The notes beneath the pieces are model-generated. The model searched no databases. It was not told the origin of the DNA and was given only the letters and a program-made list of their open reading frames with translations. DNA of 64,000 nt from Piedraia hortae CBS 480.64 (lineage: Eukaryota): assembly GCA_010093745.1 (NCBI GenBank), contig MU005985.1, positions 62,001 through 126,000 of the forward strand, in the 5' to 3' direction. Positions 43,883 to 55,739 of this stretch are shown here, in pieces (position 1 is the first letter of the stretch; the number at the start of each line of letters is the position of its first letter). A program made the translations under genes and the position numbers.

Positions 43883-43997
43883 GTTGGAATGAGCCAGGCC
43901 GAACCCCCAACGGGCCAACGCGGTTTTAATGGACGAATTTTAAAAATAATCTCTCGCCGCGCGGCTTTGTTTTTCGTCTCTCGCTCTTTTCAATTCA

Positions 43998-44943
43998 ATG
44001 CCTGCGTTCTTCGCGCTGTTTCTCCTACTGATTGGAGGTTCGTCTCTCCTTGAAACCGTCTCTTCATTAACTGACACCTTCTGCAGCCGTCCGCGCCGTG
44101 TCCAACATTGCCGATGGCGGCGCGAACCTCCGGATCCTACCGCTGGGCGCGTCAATTGTCTGGGGGCAGGACTCTACAGACGGCAATGGCTTCCGGCTGA
44201 AGCTGCGCGAGATGCTGGAGGACCACGGCAACAAGGTCGAATACGTCGGCACCGTATCGCACGGCAACATGACCAACAACCTGTGCGAGGCCTATCCGGG
44301 CCATACCATTTCCCAGGTCGACCGTCTTGCGCTCGCCGGAGATGCGTTCGACTTCAAACCCAACGTCATCCTCCTCCATCTGGGCACAAACGACTGCATG
44401 AGGAAGGCCCACGAAAACTCCACCATAGCCGCCGACCACTACGGCACCCTCCTCGAAAATCTCCAGGAAAAAGCCCCCCAAGCCGTCGTTTTCGCCTCCA
44501 ACCTAATCCACAACGACCTAAGCGTCCACGCAGGCAACTGCATCCTGCACTTCAACGACCAGGTCCCAGATATCGTCGCCAGAGCGAAAGAACAAGGCCA
44601 AAAAGTCGTCCTAGTAGATATGAACCCAGCCGTTCCACGTGCCGACCTCAACGTCAAAGACAAAACCCACCCCACCGATGCCGGTTACGCAATCATGGCC
44701 AGAGTCTGGTACGAAAGCCTAGTCAACTCCTCCAGCTTAATCCACGCTCCCGACCCGATATCAAAACCCATCCCCTCTACAACACGCACTGTACCCTCAG
44801 CTACAGATACCAACGACAGCGATGGGACATCAATCTCAAGCGCAGCGGCAGAAGCTACTTCTTCAAAAGCCGCGGCCGTGGTACATCGGTCTGCAGATAT
44901 CCCCCTCCTTGGAGCTGCGTTTGCTATACCCCTTATGTTCTAG
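43998..44943 (+). CDS. SGNH hydrolase, carbohydrate esterase family 3-like, probably GPI-anchored, about 298 aa, intron 44038-44086
   Basis: A signal-peptide exon is spliced to LRILPLGASIVWG (Ser), YPGHTI, LHLGTND and DKTHP (Asp/His). S/T-rich linker and hydrophobic end. Confidence 0.85.
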
Positions 44944-44991
44944 AGTTACGAGAGTTGTAGAGTGGTTTTCTTTTTTTTTCTTTTTTTCTAT

Positions 44992-46242
44992 TCAGACAGT
45001 GTTACGATTAGTGTGTTGTCGTCCCCGGTAGAACCAGAATTGGATAAAAACTGCAAAGTCGAGGAAGAATGTGCCCAGACTGCCAATCAGCCAGCTTAGG
45101 TTTACGAGGAGGTAGCGCCCGTAGAGGGAGGCTGCTTCGCCTTTTCGGCAGTGTCCATGGCGTCCTCCATATCCGTTGTGCCACTCATATCCAGCATACC
45201 CTCCTGATCCAGTATATCCCCCAAATCCATGCACGCCCCCGAATGATCCACCTCCGAATGACCCACCCCCGAATGATCCATCCCCAGATCCAATCACGGC
45301 CCCCAATTCATTCCTCCCCTCAAAAAACCCATAACCCCCACGCCCGTGGTGCCCAAGCTGACAATCAGGTTCAAAAGCAAGAATGCTCCCCACAAACGTC
45401 AAATTGCCCAAACACGCAAATATGAAAAACAACGCATTCAGTCCCTCCGTCGACTTTCGTCGATAATTCAGCAGTAACTGCGGGATGCGACTACCCAAAT
45501 ACAGGACCGCGCAGATGTAGCCTGATATTTGGCCGTAGAGGTTGAATGTCAACTTTTCGGCTTGGGGAACGTGAGTTGGGTGGGGGGTAAGGATGTAGCC
45601 GGCTACGCCGGAGAGGATGACGAGGAGGAGGGCGAGGGTGTTGAATAGGACTTTCTGGGTGGGGGGCATGGAGCTGACTGTGGGGGAGGGGTGGATTGGG
45701 ATTGCCGGGGAGAGATGGGCTGCGTTCAGACTTGGGGGGGTTGCTGGGGGGAGGAGGGGTGTTGATTCATTCGCGGATGCGGTCACTTCGTCCGACGCAT
45801 CAGACGCATTCGCGGGTGGGCTTACCCTTGCGTCCCCGTTCGCAGTTCCACTCCCGCTCCCGTTTCCGCTCCCGTTAATCTGGGAGTTTGAGGTAATGTC
45901 ACCGCTTGTATCAGTACTGCCAGCAGGCTTCCCATCTCTAAGGCTAAACCCGCGATAGTAAAAACACTGCGCAAGCAGGACGATATCCGCAAGGGTGTAG
46001 TAGACTGCAAGGATGACCATCGTAGGGATGACGTTTTGAAGTACGGCGCCGACGATGTTGAAGACATCGCCCAATAGCCAGATGATGATAAATTCGACAG
46101 AGAGACCCTCGGCGGAACTGCGGCGGAAGTTTTCGACTATCTGCGGTGAAAAGACCACGATCCAGCATGCGATCGAGATGGAGCCGCAGATGCCGGATAG
46201 AGCAGAGATGGAGAGTGTGTAGCCTGCTGTTGGGGGGAACAT
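44992..46242 (-). CDS. PQ-loop vacuolar cationic amino-acid transporter (Ypq/PQLC2 family)
   Basis: Two PQ loops: SIACWIVVFSPQIVENFRRSSAEGLS and LYLGSRIPQLLLNYRRKSTEGL. C-terminal WLIGSLGTFFLDFAVFIQF. Confidence 0.92.
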   Translation of the reverse strand: MFPPTAGYTLSISALSGICGSISIACWIVVFSPQIVENFRRSSAEGLSVEFIIIWLLGDVFNIVGAVLQNVIPTMVILAVYYTLADIVLLAQCFYYRGFSLRDGKPAGSTDTSGDITSNSQINGSGNGSGSGTANGDARVSPPANASDASDEVTASANESTPLLPPATPPSLNAAHLSPAIPIHPSPTVSSMPPTQKVLFNTLALLLVILSGVAGYILTPHPTHVPQAEKLTFNLYGQISGYICAVLYLGSRIPQLLLNYRRKSTEGLNALFFIFACLGNLTFVGSILAFEPDCQLGHHGRGGYGFFEGRNELGAVIGSGDGSFGGGSFGGGSFGGVHGFGGYTGSGGYAGYEWHNGYGGRHGHCRKGEAASLYGRYLLVNLSWLIGSLGTFFLDFAVFIQFWFYRGRQHTNRNTV

Positions 46243-47906
46243 CTTGGGGGAGGTTGGGAGAGGTGAGGTTGTTTGTGTGTTTGGACGTTGGGGTTGAAAT
46301 TTGTGTGGGTTTGCGCGCGTCAAGCACGACATGCTTGAGTTGGTATGGTTTTTGGATTTTATTTTATTTTATTTTATATTTTTCTGATTGGTATAGGATG
46401 GTTTGGATGGGATGTTGCTGGATAGTTGTTGCTTCTAACTAGCAACCATCGCGAGCTTCTGGTTGGCGAGTCAGGGATAGAGTATAGCATGTTCTACCTA
46501 TTCTCCTGACTCGCTGCTGACATCACCAAATTGCGCATGGATCTGTGTACACTATTGTCACTTTCTCATCTGCAATCGGCTCTACAAACTGTGTGATCTT
46601 TCTGGGCTATGGATGTAAATCGGTGATGAATGCCGGCCATTCACGAACGAGCGAGGTTGTAACTCGAATGTTCAATGACTCGATTCACTGTAGTGGCAAG
46701 TTGAACAGCTGAAATATCTGCTGCTGAACGAAACACCGCAGGTCTCTTCGGAGTTACGACGCTATTGTTAAGAGTGCAAGCGATAAGCAACAACTTGGTC
46801 GACACGGGATCACTCCTGAGCCATTGCAATAACACTGCCAACAGCTATAGTAGTCTGGTATCGGTATGCCTATAACCTCACTGTCACCGGTTTCAAGGAG
46901 AGACTGACGGTTCTCAATCAGGCTAGCTCAATGACATCAGTGTTGGCGTTCGCCACCGACAGCCCTCCCCCTGAGCCACTTCGGTCCACGTGCCGTACTT
47001 CTTCCTCTGCAGGGCGTGGACGAGCCTCACGAAAGGTGCCGATACACGATCCAAAATTGGGACAGCCTTGTGTTACCGAGTCCACGAGCTTCAGGCATCG
47101 ATCAGCGCCCTAGTGGATAATAGCCCGACATTGGGCGTTCATGATGCGCCTTGGCGTTGCAAACTCAGTTACCATTTCCTAGTTGAGTAAACGACGATAA
47201 GTGCGGCCGGTTCCTCTAATGGCCCACCCGATAGTGTGAAGCGCCATGGCTTTCTAGGAACTGCAAAGCCCAACGTCAACCGGCTTGACGCTGACCAAAA
47301 GCCAACTTGTAAGGGAATGGCCGATTACCCGTGAACTTGGCTGTCCTATTTTGGTCCCGTCCCTTGACTATCTGGACAGTGACCATGCATGCAAGCCTTA
47401 CGGAATACCCCGACGCTCGTATGACTTGCCTATTCTCGGGATTCCTAGGCCCTTCGGCGCCCTGATATCACTTTTGCACCCTATACCCCTGTTTGCTTCC
47501 TGAAGATCAGCGTAAGAATAGTTGCAGTAAAGCCTCGTTCGACTAGGCATCGTATACACAACGTCCAAGGGACCACTAGCCCTGTTGGTAAACTTTGTTG
47601 GCGATTGCCTTATCTCCATTTTCTTCCGTTCTCGGTAAACGTATTGGAAGCGACTTCAACGATGGACGTTCGGATAGGAAAGTCCGCCATTCGACAATGC
47701 AAGTTTAACGGTCGAGCCACTGGCGCCGGCTATTGTAGCCTGAAGTTTACATGCATCACATCCGGGAGCATCTCTCTTGGGCCGCAAATGGCTACGTCTA
47801 CCGATCGAGGTCGGTCTGTTCCTCTCGCTCGTTGTATATCTAGATGCAAAGCACCCGCTTTCCACTACCATCTACCTTCGCTCGTTCGTTACTTTGATTC
47901 CTAATC

Positions 47907-49706
47907 ATGAGGGCTTCTTTCTTCACTGGCCTCTATCTGGCCGCATTTTCTACTTTGGCTTCCGCAGCTGCCCTACCTTCAACACCTACCTTGGGGGAAT
48001 CAACACCTGCCTTGGAGGAACGTGCTGATTCACAATGCACACACGGTCCTACGAGCAGGGCCTGTTGGTCAAGTGGTTACAGCATTGCCACCGATTTTGA
48101 TCAGTTAGTTATTTTGGTATTTACATTGGCTTGGTTTTGGCTAACGTCCTGCAGAAAGGCCCCAACGACTGGCAAGACGGTTACCTATGATTTGACAGTC
48201 ACAAACACAACTTGCAACCCTGATGGCAACGGGGCAAGGACATGCTTGCTCATCAACAACCAGTACCCTGGTCCCCTCATCCGGGCCTCGTGGGGTGATA
48301 ACCTGGTAATCACGGTGCACAACAAAATGCAGGATAACGGGACTAGCATACATTGGCACGGTGTTCGCCAGCTCAACAGCATGGGCTCGGATGGTGTCGG
48401 CGGTGTGACTGAGTGCCCGATTGCTCCGGGTGACTCGAAGACGTATCGTTTCAGAGTCACCCAGTTTGGCACTTCTTGGTACCACAGCCACTTTTCCGCA
48501 CAATATGGAGAAGGTGTCATTGGGCCCATGATCTTTGATGGCCCTGCAACGGCCAACTACGACGAAGATCTCGGCACCTTTATGCTCAACGAATGGTTCT
48601 ACAAGACTGCTTCATCGATCAATGCTGTTTCGAAGAACCGTGCCGGTCCCCCAGGCGATAATGTCCTCATCAACGGTCAGAACAAAAACGCCAACGGTGG
48701 TGGCGAGTATGGCAAGATCACCATCGAGTCTGGCAAGAAGTACCGCCTTCGTTTCATCAACAGCGCCGTCGACAACTTCTACTACGTCTCGCTCGACAAT
48801 CACCCTCTCCAGGTCATCACGAGCGACTTCATTCCTATCCGTCCTTTCTACACAAACAGCCTGCTCATTGCAATTGGCCAGCGCTATGATGTTATCATCA
48901 ACGCCAACCAGACTGCTGGCAACTACTGGCTCCGAGTGGATAACGCCGTAGAATGCGCAACCCAAAACCTTCTCTCTGGCCGCAACATTGTCACTTACAA
49001 GGGCGTTTCGGTCGCAACGCCCTCTTCGCAAGCATACCCCCCGCCAAAGACATGCGACGAATCGCCCATTCTGGCACCGTACTGGAAGCAGCCCGTTCCC
49101 AGCAGTACGTTTACCTCGACTGTGCGGCAGCTCGATATCTCACTTGACACGGGCAAGACGGCCACCGACGGCGACACCATCGTGCTCTGGAGACTGAATG
49201 AGACCAGTCTGGACGTTGACTGGGCCAAGCCTACGGTCCAATACGTCCTAGACGGCAACAACAGTTTCCCGGAGAGCTACAATGTCAGACAGACGGTCAA
49301 CCCAAACTCTTGGAACTACTGGGTCATTCAGCAGAAGTCACTTCCTACACCGCCAATTCCACACCCAATCCATCTCCACGGCCACGACTACTTTGTCCTG
49401 GGACAGGGAACGGGCAACTATTCGACCGGGATCCAGCTCAACTACGACACCCCGCCTCGTCGGGACACGGCTATAGTTCCCGGCGCAGGCTGGATGGTGA
49501 TTGCTTTCCCCTCCAACAACCCCGGCACTTGGCTCATGCACTGCCACATTGCCTGGCACGTCTCTGGTGGCCTGGGCAGCCAGTTCTTGGAGTCGCCTAG
49601 CCAGATTCCGGCCGAAATCGACAGGGGCACGCACGACCAGACTTGCGCCAACTGGAAGAAGTACGTCCCGAACATGAAATATGTGAAGGATGATTCTGGG
49701 TTGTAG
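47907..49706 (+). CDS. Ascomycete laccase (AA1) copy 1, about 582 aa, in-frame intron 48104-48154
   Basis: Cu motifs HWHG, WYHSH, HPIHLHGH and HCHIAWHVSGGL, with C-terminal DSGL. The 17-aa insert in the ORF is a GTTAGT..GCTAAC..CAG intron, and removing it aligns the protein with copy 2. Confidence 0.95.
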   Translation: MRASFFTGLYLAAFSTLASAAALPSTPTLGESTPALEERADSQCTHGPTSRACWSSGYSIATDFDQLVILVFTLAWFWLTSCRKAPTTGKTVTYDLTVTNTTCNPDGNGARTCLLINNQYPGPLIRASWGDNLVITVHNKMQDNGTSIHWHGVRQLNSMGSDGVGGVTECPIAPGDSKTYRFRVTQFGTSWYHSHFSAQYGEGVIGPMIFDGPATANYDEDLGTFMLNEWFYKTASSINAVSKNRAGPPGDNVLINGQNKNANGGGEYGKITIESGKKYRLRFINSAVDNFYYVSLDNHPLQVITSDFIPIRPFYTNSLLIAIGQRYDVIINANQTAGNYWLRVDNAVECATQNLLSGRNIVTYKGVSVATPSSQAYPPPKTCDESPILAPYWKQPVPSSTFTSTVRQLDISLDTGKTATDGDTIVLWRLNETSLDVDWAKPTVQYVLDGNNSFPESYNVRQTVNPNSWNYWVIQQKSLPTPPIPHPIHLHGHDYFVLGQGTGNYSTGIQLNYDTPPRRDTAIVPGAGWMVIAFPSNNPGTWLMHCHIAWHVSGGLGSQFLESPSQIPAEIDRGTHDQTCANWKKYVPNMKYVKDDSGL

Positions 49707-50154
49707 TTGTGATACAAATTATGTGGTGATCAATATATGTAAACAGTATATAACTCATGGGTGTGGTTTTAGCTTTTCTTTTTCCTGCATTCCCTATTTG
49801 AACGACATGTGATTGATAAAGCTGTGCGACGTCTTGGCGAACCCACTTTACACTAAGATATCTCTTGGGCAACTATGTCACATTCACAGCACGCTAGCTA
49901 TTAAGTCGCCGTTACATCCCCTGAGTCTGGACTTGACAATATGACTCGCACACAGCAAAGGCCGTGCAGTCTCCGTTTCCAGAATTAACACAACTCAACG
50001 ACGCGAACGGACATCATGGTCACGCAGACAGAATGGCAACGAAAGCCAGAGCTGATGCTATATCTTGCGCAAAGAACCTTCTTTTGTCAACCCTCTCAAG
50101 CATTCTTTTCCGGTCTCTGATCTCGTCCCCTGTCTCAGAAGGGAAGTCAGACGT

Positions 50155-51900
50155 ATGCAGCTCACGTGGGTCTTTGGCTTGTTTCTGGCCATTTCCTGTG
50201 CGACAGCACGTATCGACCGTAGGAAGAGGGCCGTCCCCCGGGCTTTGGATGGTGGACTCTTGCACGAGCGGGATGCGCAGTGCACACATGGGCCCACCTC
50301 TAGAGCATGCTGGACCGCCGGGTACAGCATAGCCACGGATTTTGACAAAAAATTTCCCGTGACGGGCAACACTGTTACTTACGATTTGACACTCACGAAT
50401 TCGACATGTAATCCCGACGGCAACGGTAATCAGCCATGTCTGCTCATCAATAACCAGTATCCCGGACCTCTGATTCGTGCTACATGGGGTGATAGGCTGG
50501 TTGTCACGGTGCACAATAAGATGCAGAACAATGGAACGGGGATTCATTGGCACGGAGTTCGTCAATACCACAGCGTAGCCTCAGATGGCGTGGGTGGAAT
50601 TACCGAGTGTCCAATTGCACCTGGGGATTCCAAGACGTACGATTTCACGGTTACGCAGTTTGGAACATCATGGTACCATAGTCATTTTACGGTCCAGTAC
50701 GGAGCCGGGATCGTCGGCCCGATAATCTTCGACGGACCGGCTACAGCAAACTACGACGTCGATCTGGGAAGCTACATGATCAACGACTGGTTCTACCATG
50801 GTCCATTTGTAGCCAATCTTCTCGCGAGCGCGAATTTCCAAAAACCCGGCCCCCCTCCCCCGGGAGACAACATCCTCATAAACGGAACGAACAAGAACGC
50901 CAACGGCGGCGGCAAATACGGGCAAGTAACCATCACCTCTGGGAAAAAGTATCGTCTACGCATCATCAACGCAGCAGTAGACAACTACTACCATGTCTCC
51001 CTCGACAGCCACCCACTACAAATCATCGCCACAGACTTCATCCCCATCAAACCCATCACCGTCGAGACCCTCGTAATCGCCATCGGCCAGCGGTACGACG
51101 TAGTCATAACCGCTAAACAAACCGCCGGAAACTACTGGTTCCGCGCGACCGTGGCGCAAGAATGCGTAAGCCACAACAACGGCGTCGGCCTATCCATCTT
51201 CACCTACGACAGCGTCAAACCTGCCACCCCCCAATCAACAGCATACACCGTACCCGCAGCGTGCGAACCCCCTGACCCCCTGGCCCCATACTGGGTCCAG
51301 CCCGTCCCCAATGGATCTTTCACAAACAATCCCCTAGCCGTGGGCGCAACCAAAGGAACCCAGGTTCCCAACGGGGATACCCTCGTCCTCTGGGCTCTAA
51401 GCGACACTCCCCTCAACGTCGCGTGGGAAAAACCCACCCTCCAATACGTCCTAGAAGGGAACACGAGCTATCCGACCCCCTACCACGTCATGCCCACCAC
51501 CAACGCCAACGGATGGAACTACTGGGTCATCCAGCAAAGCACCAAAGCGCCGCCAGTCCCGCACCCCATCCACCTCCACGGGCATGACTTCTTCGTCTTG
51601 GGACGCGCGAACGGGCAGTTCTCGGCGGATACGGCAAGTTTAAACTGGGCAACGCCTCCGAGGAGGGACACGGCAACGGTCCCCGCGGGGGGGTGGTTGG
51701 CGATTGCGTTTCCGTCGAATAACCCCGGGGTGTGGCTCATGCATTGCCATATTGCGTGGCATGTTTCGTCGGGATTAGGTGCGCAGTTTGTGGAAATGCC
51801 GGATCAGATCTCCGTGCCGGATATGAATGCGTTTGCGAAGACGTGTAGTAATTGGAAGGCGTATAAAGGGGTTTATGGGAAGGATGATTCGGGGTTGTAG
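50155..51900 (+). CDS. Ascomycete laccase (AA1) copy 2, about 581 aa, intronless
   Basis: Signal peptide from ATG 50155, RRKR propeptide, the same four Cu motifs and C-terminal DSGL. Confidence 0.95.
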   Translation: MQLTWVFGLFLAISCATARIDRRKRAVPRALDGGLLHERDAQCTHGPTSRACWTAGYSIATDFDKKFPVTGNTVTYDLTLTNSTCNPDGNGNQPCLLINNQYPGPLIRATWGDRLVVTVHNKMQNNGTGIHWHGVRQYHSVASDGVGGITECPIAPGDSKTYDFTVTQFGTSWYHSHFTVQYGAGIVGPIIFDGPATANYDVDLGSYMINDWFYHGPFVANLLASANFQKPGPPPPGDNILINGTNKNANGGGKYGQVTITSGKKYRLRIINAAVDNYYHVSLDSHPLQIIATDFIPIKPITVETLVIAIGQRYDVVITAKQTAGNYWFRATVAQECVSHNNGVGLSIFTYDSVKPATPQSTAYTVPAACEPPDPLAPYWVQPVPNGSFTNNPLAVGATKGTQVPNGDTLVLWALSDTPLNVAWEKPTLQYVLEGNTSYPTPYHVMPTTNANGWNYWVIQQSTKAPPVPHPIHLHGHDFFVLGRANGQFSADTASLNWATPPRRDTATVPAGGWLAIAFPSNNPGVWLMHCHIAWHVSSGLGAQFVEMPDQISVPDMNAFAKTCSNWKAYKGVYGKDDSGL

Positions 51901-52021
51901 GGTCCCATTGATGGGGGGAGGGGGGGGGGGGAAGGGGGGTAGTGGTAGGTTGGGGTTGTGAAAGGGAAGCGGGGGACCGAAGACGGTAGATAGAACTTTA
52001 TATGATCCAGACAAAACAACA

Positions 52022-52900
52022 ATGAGCAGCAGTAAGAAAGACCTTCCGTGGACGACATCGCTGTTAGCGGGAGGCAGCGCCGGCGCGTTCGAAGCGTTCT
52101 GCACTTATCCCTTTGAATTCGCGAAAACGCGGGTACAGCTTCGGACGGAGAAGGGATCGCCGACACCGAAGAATCCGCTAAGGGTCATCGCGCAGGTCTA
52201 TCGCGCTGAGGGCCTCGCCGCTTTATATCGTGGCTGTAGCACGCTGGTAGTAGGCTCGGTGGGCAAAGATGGAGTGCGATTTCTCACGTTTGATGCGATC
52301 AAGAACCGCTTCAAGAACCGCGAGACGAACTCGCTCTCCCCGCTAGGAAACCTTGGCGCGGGAATGGTTAGTGGGGTCCTTGCGTCGTTTACGTTTGTGA
52401 CGCCTACGGAGAGAATTAAGACTGCGTTGATTGATGATGCGAGGGGGGAGAAGAGGTTTAGAGGGGCTTGGCATTGTGTTAGGACGGTTTATGGCGAGAG
52501 TGGGGTTAGAGGATTGTATAATGGTCTTGAGGGGACGACGATGAAACAGGCTGGTGCGACGGCGGTGAGGATGGGGAGTTATAATATTTTGAAGGATTTG
52601 GAGAGGGCAAAGGGTGGGGAGCCGGAGGATGGGATCCTAAAGAGTTTTGGGAATGGGGCGATTGCGGGTACGGTTACGACGTTGACGACTCAGCCGTTTG
52701 ATACGGTCAAGACGAGGTGTCAGAGTGCGAGAGGGGAGACGGCGTTGAGTGCAATTAGGGGGGTTTTGGTGGATTATGGGATTAGGGGATTTTGGAAGGG
52801 CACGACGATGAGGTTGGGGAGGACGGTTGTGAGTGGGGGGATCCTGTTCATGGGGTATGAGTGGGCGGTGAAGATACTGGATCCGGTGTTGGGGAGGTGA
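52022..52900 (+). CDS. CTP1: Mitochondrial citrate/tricarboxylate carrier
   Basis: Three carrier signatures (PFEFAKTRVQ, PTERIKTALID, PFDTVKTRCQ), plus GKDGVRF, MKQAGATAVRMG and FWKGTTMRLGR. Confidence 0.88.
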   Translation: MSSSKKDLPWTTSLLAGGSAGAFEAFCTYPFEFAKTRVQLRTEKGSPTPKNPLRVIAQVYRAEGLAALYRGCSTLVVGSVGKDGVRFLTFDAIKNRFKNRETNSLSPLGNLGAGMVSGVLASFTFVTPTERIKTALIDDARGEKRFRGAWHCVRTVYGESGVRGLYNGLEGTTMKQAGATAVRMGSYNILKDLERAKGGEPEDGILKSFGNGAIAGTVTTLTTQPFDTVKTRCQSARGETALSAIRGVLVDYGIRGFWKGTTMRLGRTVVSGGILFMGYEWAVKILDPVLGR

Positions 52901-53209
52901 TAGATCATGGTTGTTGTGGATGTAACATACTATGATAAATTGTAGATGGGGTGTACCTAGATGATGTATGTAGTTTGTTGTATGTTAAATCTAGTTGTCA
53001 CGTGGCTGTGATGTATGGTAGCTGTGATGGTCTGAGATGTGGATGTGATGGCCGTGATGTGTGATACTGTTAGTTTGAGCTGTGATGTAGCTGTCAAGCT
53101 GCCGCACTACCCTGGGCCAAATGCAGGGCAGATCGGGGAGAGGAGTGACGTAGAGCAGTGTGACGTCAGAATTTTCCGACTATCTGGTTGACGGCTGTCA
53201 AACGACTAC

Positions 53210-54735
53210 ATGAAGCTTCTGGTCGGCGCTCTTTCGAGTCGCAGTGCAAGCCTTTTGTCGGTCTCTGGTCGCGCATTCCCACATCGTCTACACATCCAGC
53301 GTCACGAGTTTTCCGCAACAGCTCCCTCGCGAATTCGCGCAAGATATGATGCCTACATCAAGCAGCGCGTCACCGACAGCGACTCGCAGCCTGCGAGCAA
53401 ACAGTCGCAGCACATCTCTCAAGCAGAAAAGGACCATTTCGATAAGATAGAACATGACAGCAAGCTACAACAGCAGCGCGCGCCATGGGCAAGAGAGGGC
53501 AGTGATGTCTCACCCGCAGACAAGATCAAGCAAAAAGGGGTATGCGAGCTCTTGCTCAAACAATGCAGTTCTAATCACAAGTAGACAATGACCAAAGGAA
53601 AGCTCCTGACGACGCCCAGCAGGATGCTGAAACTCATCCTGCCTCTAACTCCGAGGGAAGTAAGCGCAAGCCGCAAGGACGTCGAGCCTCTGGCGTTACT
53701 TGTCCATCCGCAACAGCCTCTATCATATCTCGAAAGGCTTATTCAAAGCGAATTACCACCTTTGGAGACAGAAGGGAGGGATCGCTACCCAAATATCACA
53801 TTTCGCGCTCAAAATGTTTCCAACCATGCAAACGCTGGAATGGTGCGCATGCCCCTACGTAAGATGCCTTCCAGCTGACCGTTGGCAGGAGGATAAAGAT
53901 GGTAGCACTGCCGATGATGACGGCAAGACTTCTTCCGACGATCCCCATGCCAACTTTGTCCGGTGGAGCCCATCTACCGAGATTGGAGACTTCATCCGAG
54001 ATGCTTCTCAAGGCAAGGAGTTTGAAGTCAACATTGAAGGCGCCAGCAGGCCAATCTACGTCGGAGTCCCGAGGTAGGCAGTCCAAAGAGAGGGCCAATG
54101 GTCGCTTGCTGACAAGATAGTTTCGAGGATCGAACCTACTACCTGCGAATGCGACTCCGGAAAATAGCTGGCCAAATCAGGGAAAAGGCTGGTCTCAAAG
54201 AGAGGCTAGATGCCATGGCACATCGTAGCGCCCAGCGGGTTGCCCAAGCTGGCTTTGGAGGATTGATTAGCTGGTGGGGTAAGTTGCTCGTCAGGCGAGG
54301 GGGCTTCACGGCTAATAGCACCCGCAAGGTGTCGTCTACTACCTGACATTCAAGACCGAGCTCGGCTGGGATGTCATGGAGCCTGTGACGTACCTGGTCG
54401 GGCTTAGCGGGCTGATCGGTGGCTACATGTGGTTCCTGTACCACAACCGTGAAGTCTCGTATCAAAGTGCCATGCATTTTACCGTATCTCGCCGACAACA
54501 CCAGCTCTATCAACAACACGGGCTTAACTTAGCACAGTGGGAAATGCTGGTAGAGGAAGGGAACAAGCTACGACGCGAAATCAAAATGGTGGCTGATGAG
54601 TACGATGTCGACTGGGACGAGAGCCAGGACGAAGGTGATGACAGCGTGAAGAAGGCTCTCCGAGAGGCGCGAGAGCAGCAAGAAAAGAAACACCAGGAAA
54701 AAGAGGGAGAGGACCGAGTGCAAGAGCAGGATTAG
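53210..54735 (+). CDS. MCU: Mitochondrial calcium uniporter, about 445 aa, 5 exons (introns 53540-53584, 53843-53888, 54074-54120, 54279-54328)
   Basis: The spliced product has a presequence, [69 protein letters not shown] and the selectivity filter [10 protein letters not shown] between two TMs. The intron 2 donor is the least certain. Confidence 0.92.
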
Positions 54736-55739
54736 GGAGTGGATAGCCGAATACACAATGCTCCATTTTGGTTGCCTGAGCCAGGTCGGTAATGGCGACG
54801 CCACTGCAAGGTACCTGGAGTTAGTGGAAGAAGAAGAACCGATGCCACGCGACAGAATTTCAAATCTGTCATTGATGAGCCCTGTGCGTTTGCAGTTTGA
54901 ATCCTTCTAAACGTGACAGATTCGGGAATGATCTAAGCTATCTACAAGATTAGAACATGAGCCGTACACCACCCGGGCATCACTCTGCGTAGGTGATTAT
55001 CACTCACCAGATCTTGGACAAGATGTGACGATATTCCTGAAATCACATAAACGATTGAATCGTAACGTGATTCACATTGTTTTCGCCTAAGGTGTCAGCT
55101 CTGGCCATATCTTATCGCTGCAATGGTTTGCGCCCTAACGTTGACGAGGCTGCAGCCTATTTTGGGTTGCATAGACGGGGACCGTACCGACGAATTTTGA
55201 ACGTCACCGATCGTCATCCCACAGCCCCCAAACAGGCGACGCCGTGGCGCATCGTCCACAACACGTGCACATGGCTGCAGAAATCCTGGGACGTCAAATC
55301 CTACGGCAGTAGGACCCTATATGGCTTAATGGCTTTAACGATAAACCGGTCAGCCCGCTCGGTGGCTAATCAAAGTTTTACTCGAGTGGCCTGGCTCCTC
55401 CCTCTCTTGTGACCTATTCCTTCTCGATGACGATGGGGCCACCAGACGTCCAGCATAGGCTGTTGGTGCGGCTAAAAAAACGGGCTCGGCAGCCGTGCCC
55501 TCGCCGGACTTTAACGGTCCCCCCCCCCCCCCCAATGCGGGAGCTTTGGGCCATTTTTGGGTCAATGGGTCGCTTCATCGGATAGCGAGGGCAGCCTCAC
55601 CACGATTCGTTCCCTTGCACCTCTCTAGCGTGCACAGCTGCAGTACAAATGGATTGCCGTGTCCCGTCCTTTTCCTGAATTCACCACAGTCTTTCGCTTT
55701 ATTTGTTCATCTAGTTTGGTCTGGTCATTCGCTAATACC

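Noticed and set aside
43998..44960. 320-aa Arg/Pro-rich unspliced ORF
   Set aside because: It arises from reading through the CE3 intron into a shifted frame. The spliced frame holds the SGNH motifs.
53816..53888. Alternative MCU intron-2 donors at 53816 and 53859
   Set aside because: 53859 gives a 30-nt intron that breaks frame. 53816 (GTTTCC) is a weaker donor than GTGCGC at 53843, which gives a typical 46-nt intron.
47907..54735. Secondary-metabolite cluster (two laccases plus citrate carrier)
   Set aside because: There is no PKS, NRPS, terpene synthase or pathway regulator in the window, and the neighbours are housekeeping genes.
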